41,252 bases of DNA. Origin: Candidatus Rokuibacteriota bacterium. GTDB taxonomy: Bacteria; Methylomirabilota; Methylomirabilia; Rokubacteriales; DASRDR01. How positions within the stretch are numbered: the first letter of the stretch is position 1; every line of letters begins with the position of its first letter. The notes under the pieces are model-generated. The model saw only the letters and a list, made by a program, of their open reading frames with translations. It ran no database searches and was not told the DNA's origin. The position numbers were made by a program, and so were the translations under genes. This document shows positions 7,641 to 16,997 of the stretch, piece after piece. The DNA lies in NCBI GenBank assembly GCA_044866005.1, contig JBIOTN010000019.1:1-41252 (forward strand), given 5' to 3'.

Positions 7641-8956
7641 GCCCGACCCGAGGCCACGCCGGCCGGTCGCGCCCCGTCCTCCCCGTGCGAGATGGCCGGC
7701 CCCCGGAGCGTCTGGAACTGGACCAGGTCCTTCGTGAAGACGAGGTCGAGGCACCAGTCGAGCGCCACGCGGACCTTCTTCTCGACGCGCGGCAGCTTGC
7801 TCAGATAGATCGTCCGCCAGAGCCACCAGGCCACGAAGCCCGAGAAGTTCACCCCGAGGATGTTCGCGACGCCGGTCCGCCGGCCGATCGAGGCCAGCAG
7901 CCCGAGAGTGGCAAAGACGAACGGCCGCGGCGGCTCCCCGCGGATCGCGGCGAGGATGTTCTCCGCCACGACCGTGCCCTGTCGCAGCGCGTGCTGCGCC
8001 GTCGGCGGGCAGGGCCGGCCCGTCCGCCGGTCGGGGACCGCGGCGCAGTCGCCGAGCGCCCACACCCCCGACCACTCGGGGACGGCCATGCAGTCGTCGA
8101 CCATCAGCCGGCCGCGCTCCTTCGCGCACGGCAGCCCCGCCACCAGCGGATGGGGGGACGTCCCCGCGGTCCAGACGAGCGTTCGGGCCTGGATCACGGT
8201 CCCGTCGCTCAGCTCCACCCCCCGCTCGGACATCCCCGCGACGCGACGGCCGACATGGATCTCGACCTTGCGCTCCGCCAGCTTCCGCTGGGCGTAGGCG
8301 CCGAGCCGCGAGCCGAGCTCGGGCAGCACGACCGGGCCGTCGTGCACGAGCACGATTCTCAGCGCCTCCTCGCTCAGGCGCGGGTAGAACCGGAGCGCCT
8401 CGCGGACGAAGTCGTTCACCGCTGCGACGGTCTCGACGCCGGCGAACCCACCGCCGGCGACGATGATGGAGAGGAGAGGCGCGCGCGCGTCGGCGGCGCA
8501 CTCGAAGTCGGCCTGCTCGAGCTGGTCGATGAGACGGTTGCGGAGGCAGATCGCGTCGCCCAGCGACTTCATGGTCAGCGCGCGTGCCTCGACACCGGGC
8601 AGGTCGTAGAAGTTCGTGACGGCGCCGAGCGCGATCACGAGGTGGTCGTATTCGAGCTCGTGATCGTGGTGCTCGTCGCCGTGCGCGATCACGACGCGCC
8701 GGGCGCGGAGATCGATGGCCTCGACGTCTCCCTGGACGAACTTCACGCGCCGGAGCAGCTTGCGGATCGGGTTCACGATGTGCGTCATGTCGAGGTCGCT
8801 CGCGGCGACCTCGTGGAGCATCGGCGTGAAGAGGAAGAAGTTCTCGCGGTTGACGAGGGTGACGTCCAGACCGGGGTCCCGGGCGAGCGCCCGTTCCAGG
8901 CGCAGCGCCGCGTAGATCCCGCCGAAGCCGCCCCCCAGGATCACAATCCGTGTCAT
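7637..8956 (-). CDS. Type II NADH dehydrogenase-like FAD-dependent oxidoreductase
   Basis: VILGGGFGG, VAGGGFAGVE, ALGDCA, PPTAQHA, WWLWRTIYLSKLP. Confidence 0.9.
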   Translation of the reverse strand: MTRIVILGGGFGGIYAALRLERALARDPGLDVTLVNRENFFLFTPMLHEVAASDLDMTHIVNPIRKLLRRVKFVQGDVEAIDLRARRVVIAHGDEHHDHELEYDHLVIALGAVTNFYDLPGVEARALTMKSLGDAICLRNRLIDQLEQADFECAADARAPLLSIIVAGGGFAGVETVAAVNDFVREALRFYPRLSEEALRIVLVHDGPVVLPELGSRLGAYAQRKLAERKVEIHVGRRVAGMSERGVELSDGTVIQARTLVWTAGTSPHPLVAGLPCAKERGRLMVDDCMAVPEWSGVWALGDCAAVPDRRTGRPCPPTAQHALRQGTVVAENILAAIRGEPPRPFVFATLGLLASIGRRTGVANILGVNFSGFVAWWLWRTIYLSKLPRVEKKVRVALDWCLDLVFTKDLVQFQTLRGPAISHGEDGARPAGVASGRA

Positions 8957-8990
8957 CCCGCTCTCCCTCGGCGCTCGCGCTTGTCCGGCG

Positions 8991-11630
8991 TCACGCGCCG
9001 CTCTGCTGCAGGAGCTTGGCCACGAGCCCGGTCCACCCCGTCTGGTGGCTCGCGCCGACGCCTGCGCCGTCGTCGCCGTGGAAGTACTCGTAGAAGAGCA
9101 CGAGGTCCCGCCAGTGGGGGTCGGCCTGGAACTTCCGCGCGCCACCGTGGACGGGACGCCGGCCGTCCTCCCCTCGGAGGAAGATCCGCGTCAGCCGGCG
9201 GGAGAGCTCCGTCGCCACGTCCCAGAGGGTGATGCGCGTCCCGGAGCCCGTCGGGCACTCCACGCGGAAGTCCGCGCCGTAGAAATAGTCGAACTTCTGG
9301 ATCGACTCGATCAGGAGGTAGTTGACGGGGAACCAGATCGGCCCGCGCCAGTTCGAGTTCCCGCCGAACAGCCCGGTGGACGACTCCGCGGGCTCGTAGT
9401 CCACCCGGTGCTCGTGGCCGTTGACCGCCAGGACGTAGGGATGCTCCCGGTGGTAGCGCGAGAGGGCCCGGACCCCGAAGGGGGAGAGGAACTCGCGCTC
9501 GTCCAGGACGTACCGGAGGACCCGCGACAGCCGGCCCCCGTTCACCAGCGACAGGAGCCAGCGCGCGCGGCCGTCCGCGGTCTCCTGGCGCACGACGTGC
9601 TCGCGCAGATGCGCCCGGTTGTCGAGGAACCACGCCATCCGCCTTGCGAACTTCGGGAGGCGGGCCAGCGTCTCGGGCTCGAGCGTCGCGACCGCGAAGA
9701 GCGGGATCAGGCCGACCATCGACCGGACCTTGAGCGGGCGGGCCCCCTCGGGCAGGTGCAGGACGTCGTAGAAAAATCCGTCCTCCTCGTTCCACAGCTC
9801 GATCCCCTCGCCGGCCATGTCGTTGGTGGCGTGAGCGATGTGGACGAAGTGCTCGAAGAACTTGGACGCCACGTCCTCGTACGCGCGGTTCTCCCGCGCC
9901 AGCTCCAGCGCGATCGTCAGCATGTTCAGGCAGAACATCCCGACCCACGCCGTGCCGTCGGACTGCTCGAGGTGGCCGCCGGTGGGCAGCGGCGCCGAGC
10001 GGTCGAACACGCCGATGTTGTCGAGCCCGAGGAACCCCCCCTGGAAGACGTTGCGGCCTTCCGGGTCCTTGCGGTTCACCCACCAGGTGAAGTTCAGGAG
10101 CAGCTTGTGGAACGCGCGCTCCAGGAACTCCCGGTCGGCGGCGCCGCGGATCCGCTGCTCGATCTTGTAGACCCGCCAGGCGGCCCACGCCTGGACCGGC
10201 GGGTTGACGTCGCCGAGCGCCCATTCGTAGGCCGGGATCTGTCCGTTCGGGTGCATGTACCATTCGCGCAGGAACAGGATGAGCTGCTCCTTCGCGAAGT
10301 CGGGGTCGACCAGCGCGAGCGGGATCGTGTGGAAGGCCAGGTCCCACGCCGCGTACCAGGGGTACTCCCACTTGTCCGGCATGGAGATGACGTCCTCGTT
10401 GTAGAGGTGCGTCCACTCCCGGTTGCGGCCGCCCGGGCGCTCGGACGGCGGCGCGGGCTGGGCCGGATCACCGGCGAGCCAGCGGGCGACGTCGTAGTGG
10501 TACCACTGCTTGGACCAGAGCAGCCCCGCCAGGGCCTGGCGCATCACGGCGGCGGCATCCTCCGAGAGCTTGGCCGGCGTCACGCCGGCGTAGAACTCGT
10601 CGGCTTCCCGCTGGCGCTCGGCCACGAGCCGGTCGAACGCCGGACCGAACGGCGCCGCGGCCTCGCCGTCGGTGAGCCGGAGGCGCACCACGGCGCTCTG
10701 GCCGGGCGCGACGAGGAGCCGGTAGCGCGCCGTGGCCTTCGTGCCCGCCTGGACGGGATTCACCGCCTCGCTTCGCCCCTCCACGACGTAGGCGTGGAAG
10801 GCGTCCTTCACGAACCGCCGGCCGTCGTCGACGCCGTGGAGCCGTCGCACGTTCGTCTCGTTCTCCGTGAACAGGAGCTCGGGCTGGCCCTCGGCGTAGA
10901 GCCGGTACGGGCCGGGCAGGCCGGGGTGGTCGAGGCGCACCGCCCGCGTCCCGGGCGCCCCCGCGTCAGGGGCGAGCCGGGGCCGAAGAGCCCCCGCCTC
11001 CCAGTCCCAGGTGTTCCGGAACCAGACCACCGGCAAGAGATGGAGCGGCGCGGCGTCCGGGCCTCGGTTCGTCACCGTGATCCGCACGAGGAGGTCGTCG
11101 GGCGTCGCCTTCGCGTACTCCACCGAGACGTCGAAGTAGCGGTCGTCGTCGAAGACCCCGGTGTCGAGGAGCTCGAGCTCCGGCGCCTGCCGGCCGCGCC
11201 GGGCGTTCTCCTCGGTGAGCCGGGCGTAGGGAAAGGCGGCGTGCGGGTACTTGTAGAGCCCCTTCATGTAGGAGTGGGTCGGCGTGGCGTCGAGGTAGAA
11301 GTAGTACTCCTTGACGTCCTCGCCGTGGTTGCCCTGCGACCCGGTCAGGCCGAAGAGCCGCTCCTTGAGGATGGGGTCCTTCTCGTTCCAGAGCGCCAGC
11401 GCGAAGCAGACGCGCTGGTGGTTGTCCGAGATGCCGAGCAGGCCGTCCTCGCCCCAGCGATACGCGCGGGAGCGCGCATGGTCGTGCGGGAAGTAGTCCC
11501 ACGCACTGCCGTAGGCCGAGTAGTCCTCCCGCACCGTGCCCCACTGGCGCTCGGAGAGGTAGGGCCCCCAGCGCTTCCAGTGGGCGCTCCGCGCCGCCGC
11601 TTCCGCCAGCCGTCGAGCTTCCGCCGTCAT
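8991..11630 (-). CDS. GH63 / MGH1-like glucosidase
   Basis: [56 protein letters not shown]...GASHQTGWT. Confidence 0.92.
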   Translation of the reverse strand: MTAEARRLAEAAARSAHWKRWGPYLSERQWGTVREDYSAYGSAWDYFPHDHARSRAYRWGEDGLLGISDNHQRVCFALALWNEKDPILKERLFGLTGSQGNHGEDVKEYYFYLDATPTHSYMKGLYKYPHAAFPYARLTEENARRGRQAPELELLDTGVFDDDRYFDVSVEYAKATPDDLLVRITVTNRGPDAAPLHLLPVVWFRNTWDWEAGALRPRLAPDAGAPGTRAVRLDHPGLPGPYRLYAEGQPELLFTENETNVRRLHGVDDGRRFVKDAFHAYVVEGRSEAVNPVQAGTKATARYRLLVAPGQSAVVRLRLTDGEAAAPFGPAFDRLVAERQREADEFYAGVTPAKLSEDAAAVMRQALAGLLWSKQWYHYDVARWLAGDPAQPAPPSERPGGRNREWTHLYNEDVISMPDKWEYPWYAAWDLAFHTIPLALVDPDFAKEQLILFLREWYMHPNGQIPAYEWALGDVNPPVQAWAAWRVYKIEQRIRGAADREFLERAFHKLLLNFTWWVNRKDPEGRNVFQGGFLGLDNIGVFDRSAPLPTGGHLEQSDGTAWVGMFCLNMLTIALELARENRAYEDVASKFFEHFVHIAHATNDMAGEGIELWNEEDGFFYDVLHLPEGARPLKVRSMVGLIPLFAVATLEPETLARLPKFARRMAWFLDNRAHLREHVVRQETADGRARWLLSLVNGGRLSRVLRYVLDEREFLSPFGVRALSRYHREHPYVLAVNGHEHRVDYEPAESSTGLFGGNSNWRGPIWFPVNYLLIESIQKFDYFYGADFRVECPTGSGTRITLWDVATELSRRLTRIFLRGEDGRRPVHGGARKFQADPHWRDLVLFYEYFHGDDGAGVGASHQTGWTGLVAKLLQQSGA

Positions 11631-11641
11631 AGAAGGGCTCC

Positions 11642-12448
11642 CTAGCCGCCCCGCGCGAACTCGGGGTAGAGCGTCATGCCGCCGTCGACGAAGAGGGTAT
11701 GCCCGTGGACGTAGTCCGAGTCGTCGGAGGCGAGCCACACGGCCGCGTTGCCGATGTCCTCCGGAACGCCGATGCGCCCGTACGGAATCAGCGTGAGCAG
11801 GGCCTTCAGCGCCTCGGGCGTCTCCCAGGCCGCGCGGTTGATCGGCGTCTGGATCGCGCCCGGCGCGATCGAGTTGACCCGGATCCGGTGCGGTGCCAGC
11901 TCCTGGGCCAGCGACTGCATGAACAGGCTCACGCCGCCCTTGGACGCGGCGTAGTTGACGTGCCCCGCCCAGGGGATCCGCTCGTGGACGGACGACATGC
12001 AGAGAATCTTGCCCGCCGCCCGCGAGATCGTCGGGCGGACGCCGCGCCGGATCATCTCGCGGGCCGCCTCGCGCGAGCAGAGGAACATGCCGGTGAGGTT
12101 GACGGCGAGGACGAGGTTCCACTGGTCGAGCGTCATCTCCGTGAACGCCGCGTCCCGCTGGAGGCCCGCGTTGTTCACGAGGATGTCGATCGTGCCCCAC
12201 GCGTCCAGCATCTGCCGGAACATCGCGCGGACCTCCGCCTCCTTCGAGACGTCGGCCTGGATCCCCATCGCATCCGCGCCGGTCGCCTTGATCTCGTCCA
12301 CGATCCGCTGCGCCGCGTCAGGGTCCACGACGTAGTTGACGACGACGGAGGCACCGGCGGCGGCCAGCGCGCGGGCGACGGCCTCGCCGATCCCCGAGCC
12401 GGCCCCGGTCACCAGGGCCTTCTGTCCGGTCAGGGGCTGATGGTCCAT
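11642..12448 (-). CDS. SDR oxidoreductase, glucose 1-dehydrogenase-like
   Basis: [47 protein letters not shown]. Confidence 0.9.
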   Translation of the reverse strand: MDHQPLTGQKALVTGAGSGIGEAVARALAAAGASVVVNYVVDPDAAQRIVDEIKATGADAMGIQADVSKEAEVRAMFRQMLDAWGTIDILVNNAGLQRDAAFTEMTLDQWNLVLAVNLTGMFLCSREAAREMIRRGVRPTISRAAGKILCMSSVHERIPWAGHVNYAASKGGVSLFMQSLAQELAPHRIRVNSIAPGAIQTPINRAAWETPEALKALLTLIPYGRIGVPEDIGNAAVWLASDDSDYVHGHTLFVDGGMTLYPEFARGG

Positions 12449-12579
12449 GCCTCGCTCTCCCTTCGTTGGGGTCCTGCGTGGTCTCGCGCTCTTAGACACG
12501 GGGATGGCTCCGTCGGATTCGGGGCCCGGGCACGAGCGCGCGGGGCGTCGAGGCGGCGCCGACGCAGACGACCGCGCGG

Positions 12580-12822
12580 CTACGAGGCGCCCTGCTGGAA
12601 GCGGTGCAGCAGGAACTGCCGGAGGCGCTCCTTCATCTCGTCCGGCATCGGCACCCGCGCCGCCTGCCCGGTCAGCTGGCGAGTTTTCTCGTACGTGTTC
12701 AGATAGGCGACGCAGGGCGGGCAGTCCGCCAGGTGGCGCTCGAGCTGGGCGACCTCCGCCGGGCCGAGGTTCACCTCCAGGTATTCGAGGAGCAGCTCGA
12801 TGACGTCCTTACAGGTCAGCAC
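12580..12822 (-). CDS. zf-HC2 (anti-sigma-type zinc finger) small protein
   Basis: TCKDV...ERHLADCPPC (HxxxCxxC). Confidence 0.85.
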   Translation of the reverse strand: MLTCKDVIELLLEYLEVNLGPAEVAQLERHLADCPPCVAYLNTYEKTRQLTGQAARVPMPDEMKERLRQFLLHRFQQGAS

Positions 12823-12897
12823 GCCTCGGTCTCCGTCAACGCCGCCGACCGGGAGGGCTCCCCCGGCCGCGCGGCCCTCGGGCCGTGAGGTGGCCGG

Positions 12898-12927
12898 AGT
12901 CTACGTGTCCGCGCGCGGGACTGTCAA
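12898..12927 (-). promoter_or_regulatory. Putative sigma70 promoter for the zf-HC2 gene and downstream genes
   Basis: Minus strand TTGACA-N18-TAGACT. Confidence 0.55.
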
Positions 12928-13049
12928 GGCCGCGAGCGCGCCTCGGGCCGCACGCGAGGCCCGGCCACATCAGCGGACGGCCGCCACCGACCACCGGCGC
13001 CCGCGGGCGCCCGCCTCGCGCGCTCCGTCGCCCACGGCGCGCGCCTCGC

Positions 13050-13581
13050 GCAGCCACGCCCGCCACGACGACGAAGCTGTTCCACAACGCGCCCTCCGCC
13101 TGGAGCCGTCGGGCCAGCGCGACCGGCGGCTTCTCCCGGAAGCGGCGGACCCCACGGAGGAACACCGGCGCCGGCGTCGCGCGGACGGTGATGCGGTCAC
13201 CGGGTTCGATCCACCCATATTGGGTCTCGGGCCGATCAGGCGCGACGCCGAGCAGGATCACGAGATCGGGCCGGGCCCCGCGGCGGTCCCCCGGTTCTCC
13301 GGCTGAAGAACCAGGGCGCGGGGCGATACCGCGGCCAGGCCCGGTGCGAAGAACCGCGCGTGCGTTTGGCTGACCACGACGAGCATGCGCTCCGGCGGGA
13401 TGGCGAGGCCGGCCCGGGCGCGGGTCTGGTCGAGGAGGGTCGCGTCGCCCAGGACGGGGCAGCACTGCTTCGGGCGGTCGTCCCCCGCGATCCGGCGGGT
13501 CAGCGACCGGAGCCGGCTCCCCTCGCCGCCGGCCAGGATGACGCCCCACCGTCCCTCCGTCCCGATCGCATCCGGCACCAT
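13050..13581 (-). pseudogene. Mannose-1-phosphate guanylyltransferase-like nucleotidyltransferase pseudogene
   Basis: VILAGGEGSRL...PKQ...QPENRGTA in one frame, then LLGVAPDRPETQYGWIEPG...RFREKP...LWNSFV in another. The PSDH segment and C-terminus are missing. Confidence 0.8.
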
Positions 13582-13763
13582 GTCAGCTTAGATACGGGCC
13601 GGCGGGGAAGCGGTTCGCCCCTGTCCGGCTCCGCGCACCGGCGAACCCGCGCGCGGGCCCGAGGCATCAGATTGGGCGGCTAGGGTCGGCGCCCCGCGGT
13701 GAAGGGTCCGCCGGCCTGGCAGGGGAACTGGATCGGCGCCCGGCGACCGCCGCTTCGGAGGGA

Positions 13764-13844
13764 ATGACCATGCGACAGCACGTCATCGGTCCGCTCGTCG
13801 GGTTGGCCCTGCTGGTGTTGATGTGGCTCGTGACCGCGACCTAG
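13764..13844 (+). CDS. Putative small single-TM peptide (MT)MRQHVIGPLVGLALLVLMWLVTAT
   Basis: GGAGGGA RBS, ATG at 13764/13770, TAG at 13842-13844, one hydrophobic helix; below the ORF-track cutoff. Confidence 0.45.
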   Translation: MTMRQHVIGPLVGLALLVLMWLVTAT

Positions 13845-13955
13845 GGGTGCGGCCTGGGCTGTCCCGAGCCCCGCTCTCCGACCGCGCGACCCTATCGGGA
13901 TCGCCGCCACTGGTGCGACGTTCCACTCCGAGCGGCGGCTGAGCTGAAAATGGCG

Positions 13956-15197
13956 TCACGCGCTGAGCGGGAGCGGCTCCAAGGAGACCTTGTGGCCGAG
14001 GCGTTCGAGCTGCCGGACCAGGCGCTTGGTGTAGGCCTCGGCGTGGTCTCGGAGCAGCAGGTAGTCAGGGCCGAGGTCGGCGTAGGGACGTTGGCGCTGG
14101 AGCACGTGGTAGGCGATGGTGAGGATGGAATGCGCGACGGCGCCGACGGCCTTCTTGTGGCCGCGCCGCCCTTTGATCCGGGCGTATTGGCTGGCGAGGT
14201 AGGTGCCCTTGCTGCGCGCGGCCGAGGTGGCGCACTCGATGAGCGTGATGGCGAGCCACTTCGAGCCCTTGCGCATGCGGCCCGTGCGCCGCTTGCCGGC
14301 GGACTCGTCGTTGCCGGGGCAGCGCCCGGCCCAGGAGGCCAGGTGCCGGGCCGTCGGGAAGCGGGTCATGTCGGCCCCGATCTCGGCCAGGATGACTTCC
14401 GCAGCCCGGTGGTCGACACCGGGGATGGTGTCCAAGAGCCCGACCTCAGCCACGAAAGGGGCGAGGTGCCGCTCGACCTCCTGGGAGAGCCGGTCGATGG
14501 CGTCCTCGAGATACTCGATGTGCGCAAGCAGCTCGCCGACAAGGAGCGCGTGGTGCGCGTGGAAGCGGCCTTCCAGGGCCTCCCGCAGCTGCGGGAGCTT
14601 CTTGCGCAGCTGCCCCTTGGCGAGCTCGGCCAGGACCGCCGGATCGCGGGTACCCTCGATGAGCCCGGCGAGCATCGCCCGCCCGGAGACGCCGAGCACG
14701 TCCGAGGCCACCGAGCTGAGCTTGATGCCGGCGTCTTGCAGGACCTTGTCGAGGCGCTGGACCTCGCGGGTGCGTTCCTGGATGAGCGCCTTGCGGTACC
14801 GGGTGAGGTCGCGCAGCTCGCGGATGTGGCGCGGCGGCACGAAGCTCGCCCGCACCAGGCCGTGCTCGACGAGCTGGCAGATCCACTCGGCGTCCTTGAC
14901 GTCCGTCTTGCGGCCCGGGACGGCCTTGAGGTGGTGGGCGTTGAGCAGCCAGGGCTCGAAGTCGTCCTCGAGCAGGGCGTACACTGGCTTCCAATAGACG
15001 CCGGTCGATTCCATGCCCACGACGGTGACGCCGAAGGCGGCCAGCCAGTCGTGCAGCGCCAGCAGGCTGCGCGTGGTCGTGCCGAAGGTCCGGGTCTCCT
15101 GGTGGCGGGCGCCGTGCGCGCCGGGCACGCGCACGCAGGCGGTGACGGAGTCCTTGTGCACGTCGAGGCCGGCGCAGCGTTCGACGATCCGGTCCAT
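13956..15197 (-). CDS. IS110-family transposase/recombinase (IS-A)
   Basis: [21 protein letters not shown] (DEDD), [18 protein letters not shown] (catalytic Ser), [10 protein letters not shown]. Confidence 0.95.
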   Translation of the reverse strand: MDRIVERCAGLDVHKDSVTACVRVPGAHGARHQETRTFGTTTRSLLALHDWLAAFGVTVVGMESTGVYWKPVYALLEDDFEPWLLNAHHLKAVPGRKTDVKDAEWICQLVEHGLVRASFVPPRHIRELRDLTRYRKALIQERTREVQRLDKVLQDAGIKLSSVASDVLGVSGRAMLAGLIEGTRDPAVLAELAKGQLRKKLPQLREALEGRFHAHHALLVGELLAHIEYLEDAIDRLSQEVERHLAPFVAEVGLLDTIPGVDHRAAEVILAEIGADMTRFPTARHLASWAGRCPGNDESAGKRRTGRMRKGSKWLAITLIECATSAARSKGTYLASQYARIKGRRGHKKAVGAVAHSILTIAYHVLQRQRPYADLGPDYLLLRDHAEAYTKRLVRQLERLGHKVSLEPLPLSA

Positions 15198-15204
15198 CGC
15201 GTCG

Positions 15205-15397
15205 CTCCTTCCCGTCGTCCGGAGGAGCCTCGTCGCAGAGAATCTGAGCTGCGTGCTCGTAGCCACAGTCGAGGGTGCCTGAGGCTCCCACGCCACACTG
15301 ATATTCGGGCTCGCGGCACCAAGCAGAGCCGGCGTCGGCCGGGCGACCCCCACATTTTCACTCGTCCCGGGTCGGCCGTGCCACGGCCGATGGGTCA
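15205..15397 (-). ncRNA. Putative bridge RNA of IS-A
   Basis: Two stem-enclosed loops, each guide-hairpin-guide. CGGCU (15327-15331) and AUAUCAG (15298-15304) match target cggCTgatat. CAGCUCAG (15244-15251) and ACUG (15266-15269) match circle junction caCTgagctg. Boundaries approximate. Confidence 0.7.
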
Positions 15398-15417
15398 CTG
15401 ATATGGAAGGACCGGCT

Positions 15418-15423
15418 TGTCAA
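15418..15423 (-). promoter_or_regulatory. Outward-facing -35 box of the IS-B circle-junction promoter
   Basis: TTGACA near the right end. On circularisation the junction reads TTGACA-N17-CAGACT; junction promoters are established for IS110/IS1111 elements. Confidence 0.55.
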
Positions 15424-15479
15424 GGGTGTCTTTGCCGCCGTCCATAACTCCCGCTGGTTGCGAGCGTATTCCTGAGGGC

Positions 15480-15700
15480 CGGGGCGCGCGGCGGCCGATG
15501 GGGCGGCTTCGACGACGAATCACGCTGATATGCGCGGGTTACCCCGAAGGGCAGAGCCGCAGGACTGTGGTCCGTCGGGAGCCTGCCTCTGTCTTTGCGC
15601 GCGAGTCACCCCAGCCTGAGAGCCGGGGGTCGCATAGCCGCGACGAGGGCTCTCCAATCGTGCCCGCATCGCGCCGGCGCCGCCGTCCCCCAGGACACCA
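15480..15700 (-). ncRNA. Putative bridge/seek RNA of IS-B
   Basis: GCGGCU (15636-15641)-hairpin-GCAAAG (15593-15598) matches target gcggCTttgc. ACAGUC (15563-15568)-hairpin-CAUAUCAG (15525-15532) matches circle junction atagtCTgatatg. Boundaries approximate. Confidence 0.75.
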
Positions 15701-15738
15701 AGCATGCCGTCAGTCCCCTTCCGCCTCTTCCCCCGCGC

Positions 15739-16845
15739 CTACCCGGCTGCGGGGATCTGTCGCGTCATGGCCGCCCAGACGAAGCCGGCCAGCTCGCGGG
15801 CCACGGCCGCCACGGCCACGGGCGCGCGTTTGCCGCGCCCGACTAGGTGCCGGTAGCGGCGATGCAGCCGCTGCTGTGCACGCCACGCGTGGTGCAGGAC
15901 CTCCCGCGGCTGGCCCTGGCTGCGGTGCCGGAGCCGGCCCGTGAGGGCGGGGCGGTGGCGATAGTGCCAGGCCGCTTCGACCAGGATGCGCCGCGCGTGC
16001 TGATTGCCGGCCTTCGTGAGGGCTCCGCGCCGGTGCGCGTCGCCCGACGAGTGCTCGCTCGGCACCAAGCCCAGGTAGGCCATGAGCTCCCGCGGTCGGC
16101 CGAACCGCTGGAAGTCGACGATCTCTGCCAGCAAGACCATCGCCGACAGGGTGTCGATGCCGCGGAAGCAGCGCAGCCACCCGACCGGCTCCCGGTACGG
16201 CGCGCCGGCCGCCAGCGCCTCGAGCTCGCGCTCCAGCTCTGCCTGCCGCGCCATCGCCTGCTCAAGGGCGAAGAGCGTGGCCTCGAACGCGCGCTGCAGC
16301 GGGGCCTGGTCGAACCCCTGGCTCCGAATCCACCGCCAATGCGCCTGGGTCCAGTTCTTCCGGCCCGGGTAGCTGCGGCCATGGCGGAAGAGGAGCTTGA
16401 CCACCCGGTGGCGCCAGCGGATGACCTCGCGCCGCACCGCCTCCCGGCAGCGCACCAGGTCCCGCACCCCCTCCTCCGCCTCGCCCGGCACGTGGACCGG
16501 CGTCAGCTCCCCGGCGCGGAAGAGGCGCACGAGCTTCTTGGCGTCGCGGGGATTCGTCTTGATCCGCTCGCCCGGCCGCCGCGGCGTCAGCGACGGGGCC
16601 ACCACCTGGCAGCGCACGCCGAGCCCCGTGAGCTGGCGATAGAGAGCGTAGCCCGACACGCCGGCCTCGTAGCAGGCAGCCACCGCAATCCCCTCCCGGG
16701 TCAGCCGTCGGAAGAAGCGCCGGATCTGGTCCGGGTCGTTCGCCATCTCCCGCAGCTCGGGCTCCGTCTGCCCGGGACGCAGAGTCCCGGCCACGATCTT
16801 CCGCTTGCTGTCATCGAGCGCCACGTACGTAGTATCCTCTTTCAT
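15739..16845 (-). CDS. IS110/IS1111-family transposase/recombinase (IS-B)
   Basis: VALDDSK, CYEAGVSG, KTNPRDA, FRGID, YLGLVPSEHSSG, TKAGN, VARELAGFVW; GGAGG RBS. Confidence 0.95.
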   Translation of the reverse strand: MKEDTTYVALDDSKRKIVAGTLRPGQTEPELREMANDPDQIRRFFRRLTREGIAVAACYEAGVSGYALYRQLTGLGVRCQVVAPSLTPRRPGERIKTNPRDAKKLVRLFRAGELTPVHVPGEAEEGVRDLVRCREAVRREVIRWRHRVVKLLFRHGRSYPGRKNWTQAHWRWIRSQGFDQAPLQRAFEATLFALEQAMARQAELERELEALAAGAPYREPVGWLRCFRGIDTLSAMVLLAEIVDFQRFGRPRELMAYLGLVPSEHSSGDAHRRGALTKAGNQHARRILVEAAWHYRHRPALTGRLRHRSQGQPREVLHHAWRAQQRLHRRYRHLVGRGKRAPVAVAAVARELAGFVWAAMTRQIPAAG

Positions 16846-16932
16846 GACCGGCCTCCTATCGCCTGCGGCTCTGTCCCTCTCGGGGGACAACCCGCGATCA
16901 TGCGATATGGTAGGCCGGTCCTTCCATATAGT

Positions 16933-16993
16933 CTTTGCCGCCGCGCCTTGCTCTCGGGGGAGGTCTCGGAGGGGCCGTCGAGGCCCCCTCCGA
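16933..16993. repeat. REP-like palindromic element (left arm gcggcgg at 13932-13938, split by the two IS)
   Basis: Reconstructed hairpin GCGGCGGC-TTT-GCCGCCGC, followed by tcggagggg...ccccctccga (16966-16993); related copy at 31403-31452. Confidence 0.75.
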
Positions 16994-16997
16994 CGAA

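Larger units (their letters stand above)
13941..15397 (-). mobile_element. IS110-family element A (IS110 group, long upstream non-coding end)
   Basis: Flanked by CT (13939-13940) and CT (15398-15399). Removing both IS restores GCGGCGG-CT-TTGCCGCCGC. Short IR tgaaaatg (13945-13952)/cattttca (15353-15360). Confidence 0.88.
15400..16932 (-). mobile_element. IS110-family element B (IS1111-like: sub-terminal IRs, long downstream non-coding end)
   Basis: Perfect 16-bp sub-terminal IR ATATGGAAGGACCGGC (15401-15416)/GCCGGTCCTTCCATAT (16914-16929); CT cores at 15398-15399 and 16933-16934. Confidence 0.92.

Noticed and set aside
13941..16932. Single composite transposon or target-site duplication model for the IS pair
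   Set aside because: The two transposases are dissimilar, each has its own ends and donor-matching RNA loop, and the only repeated junction sequence is the CT core.
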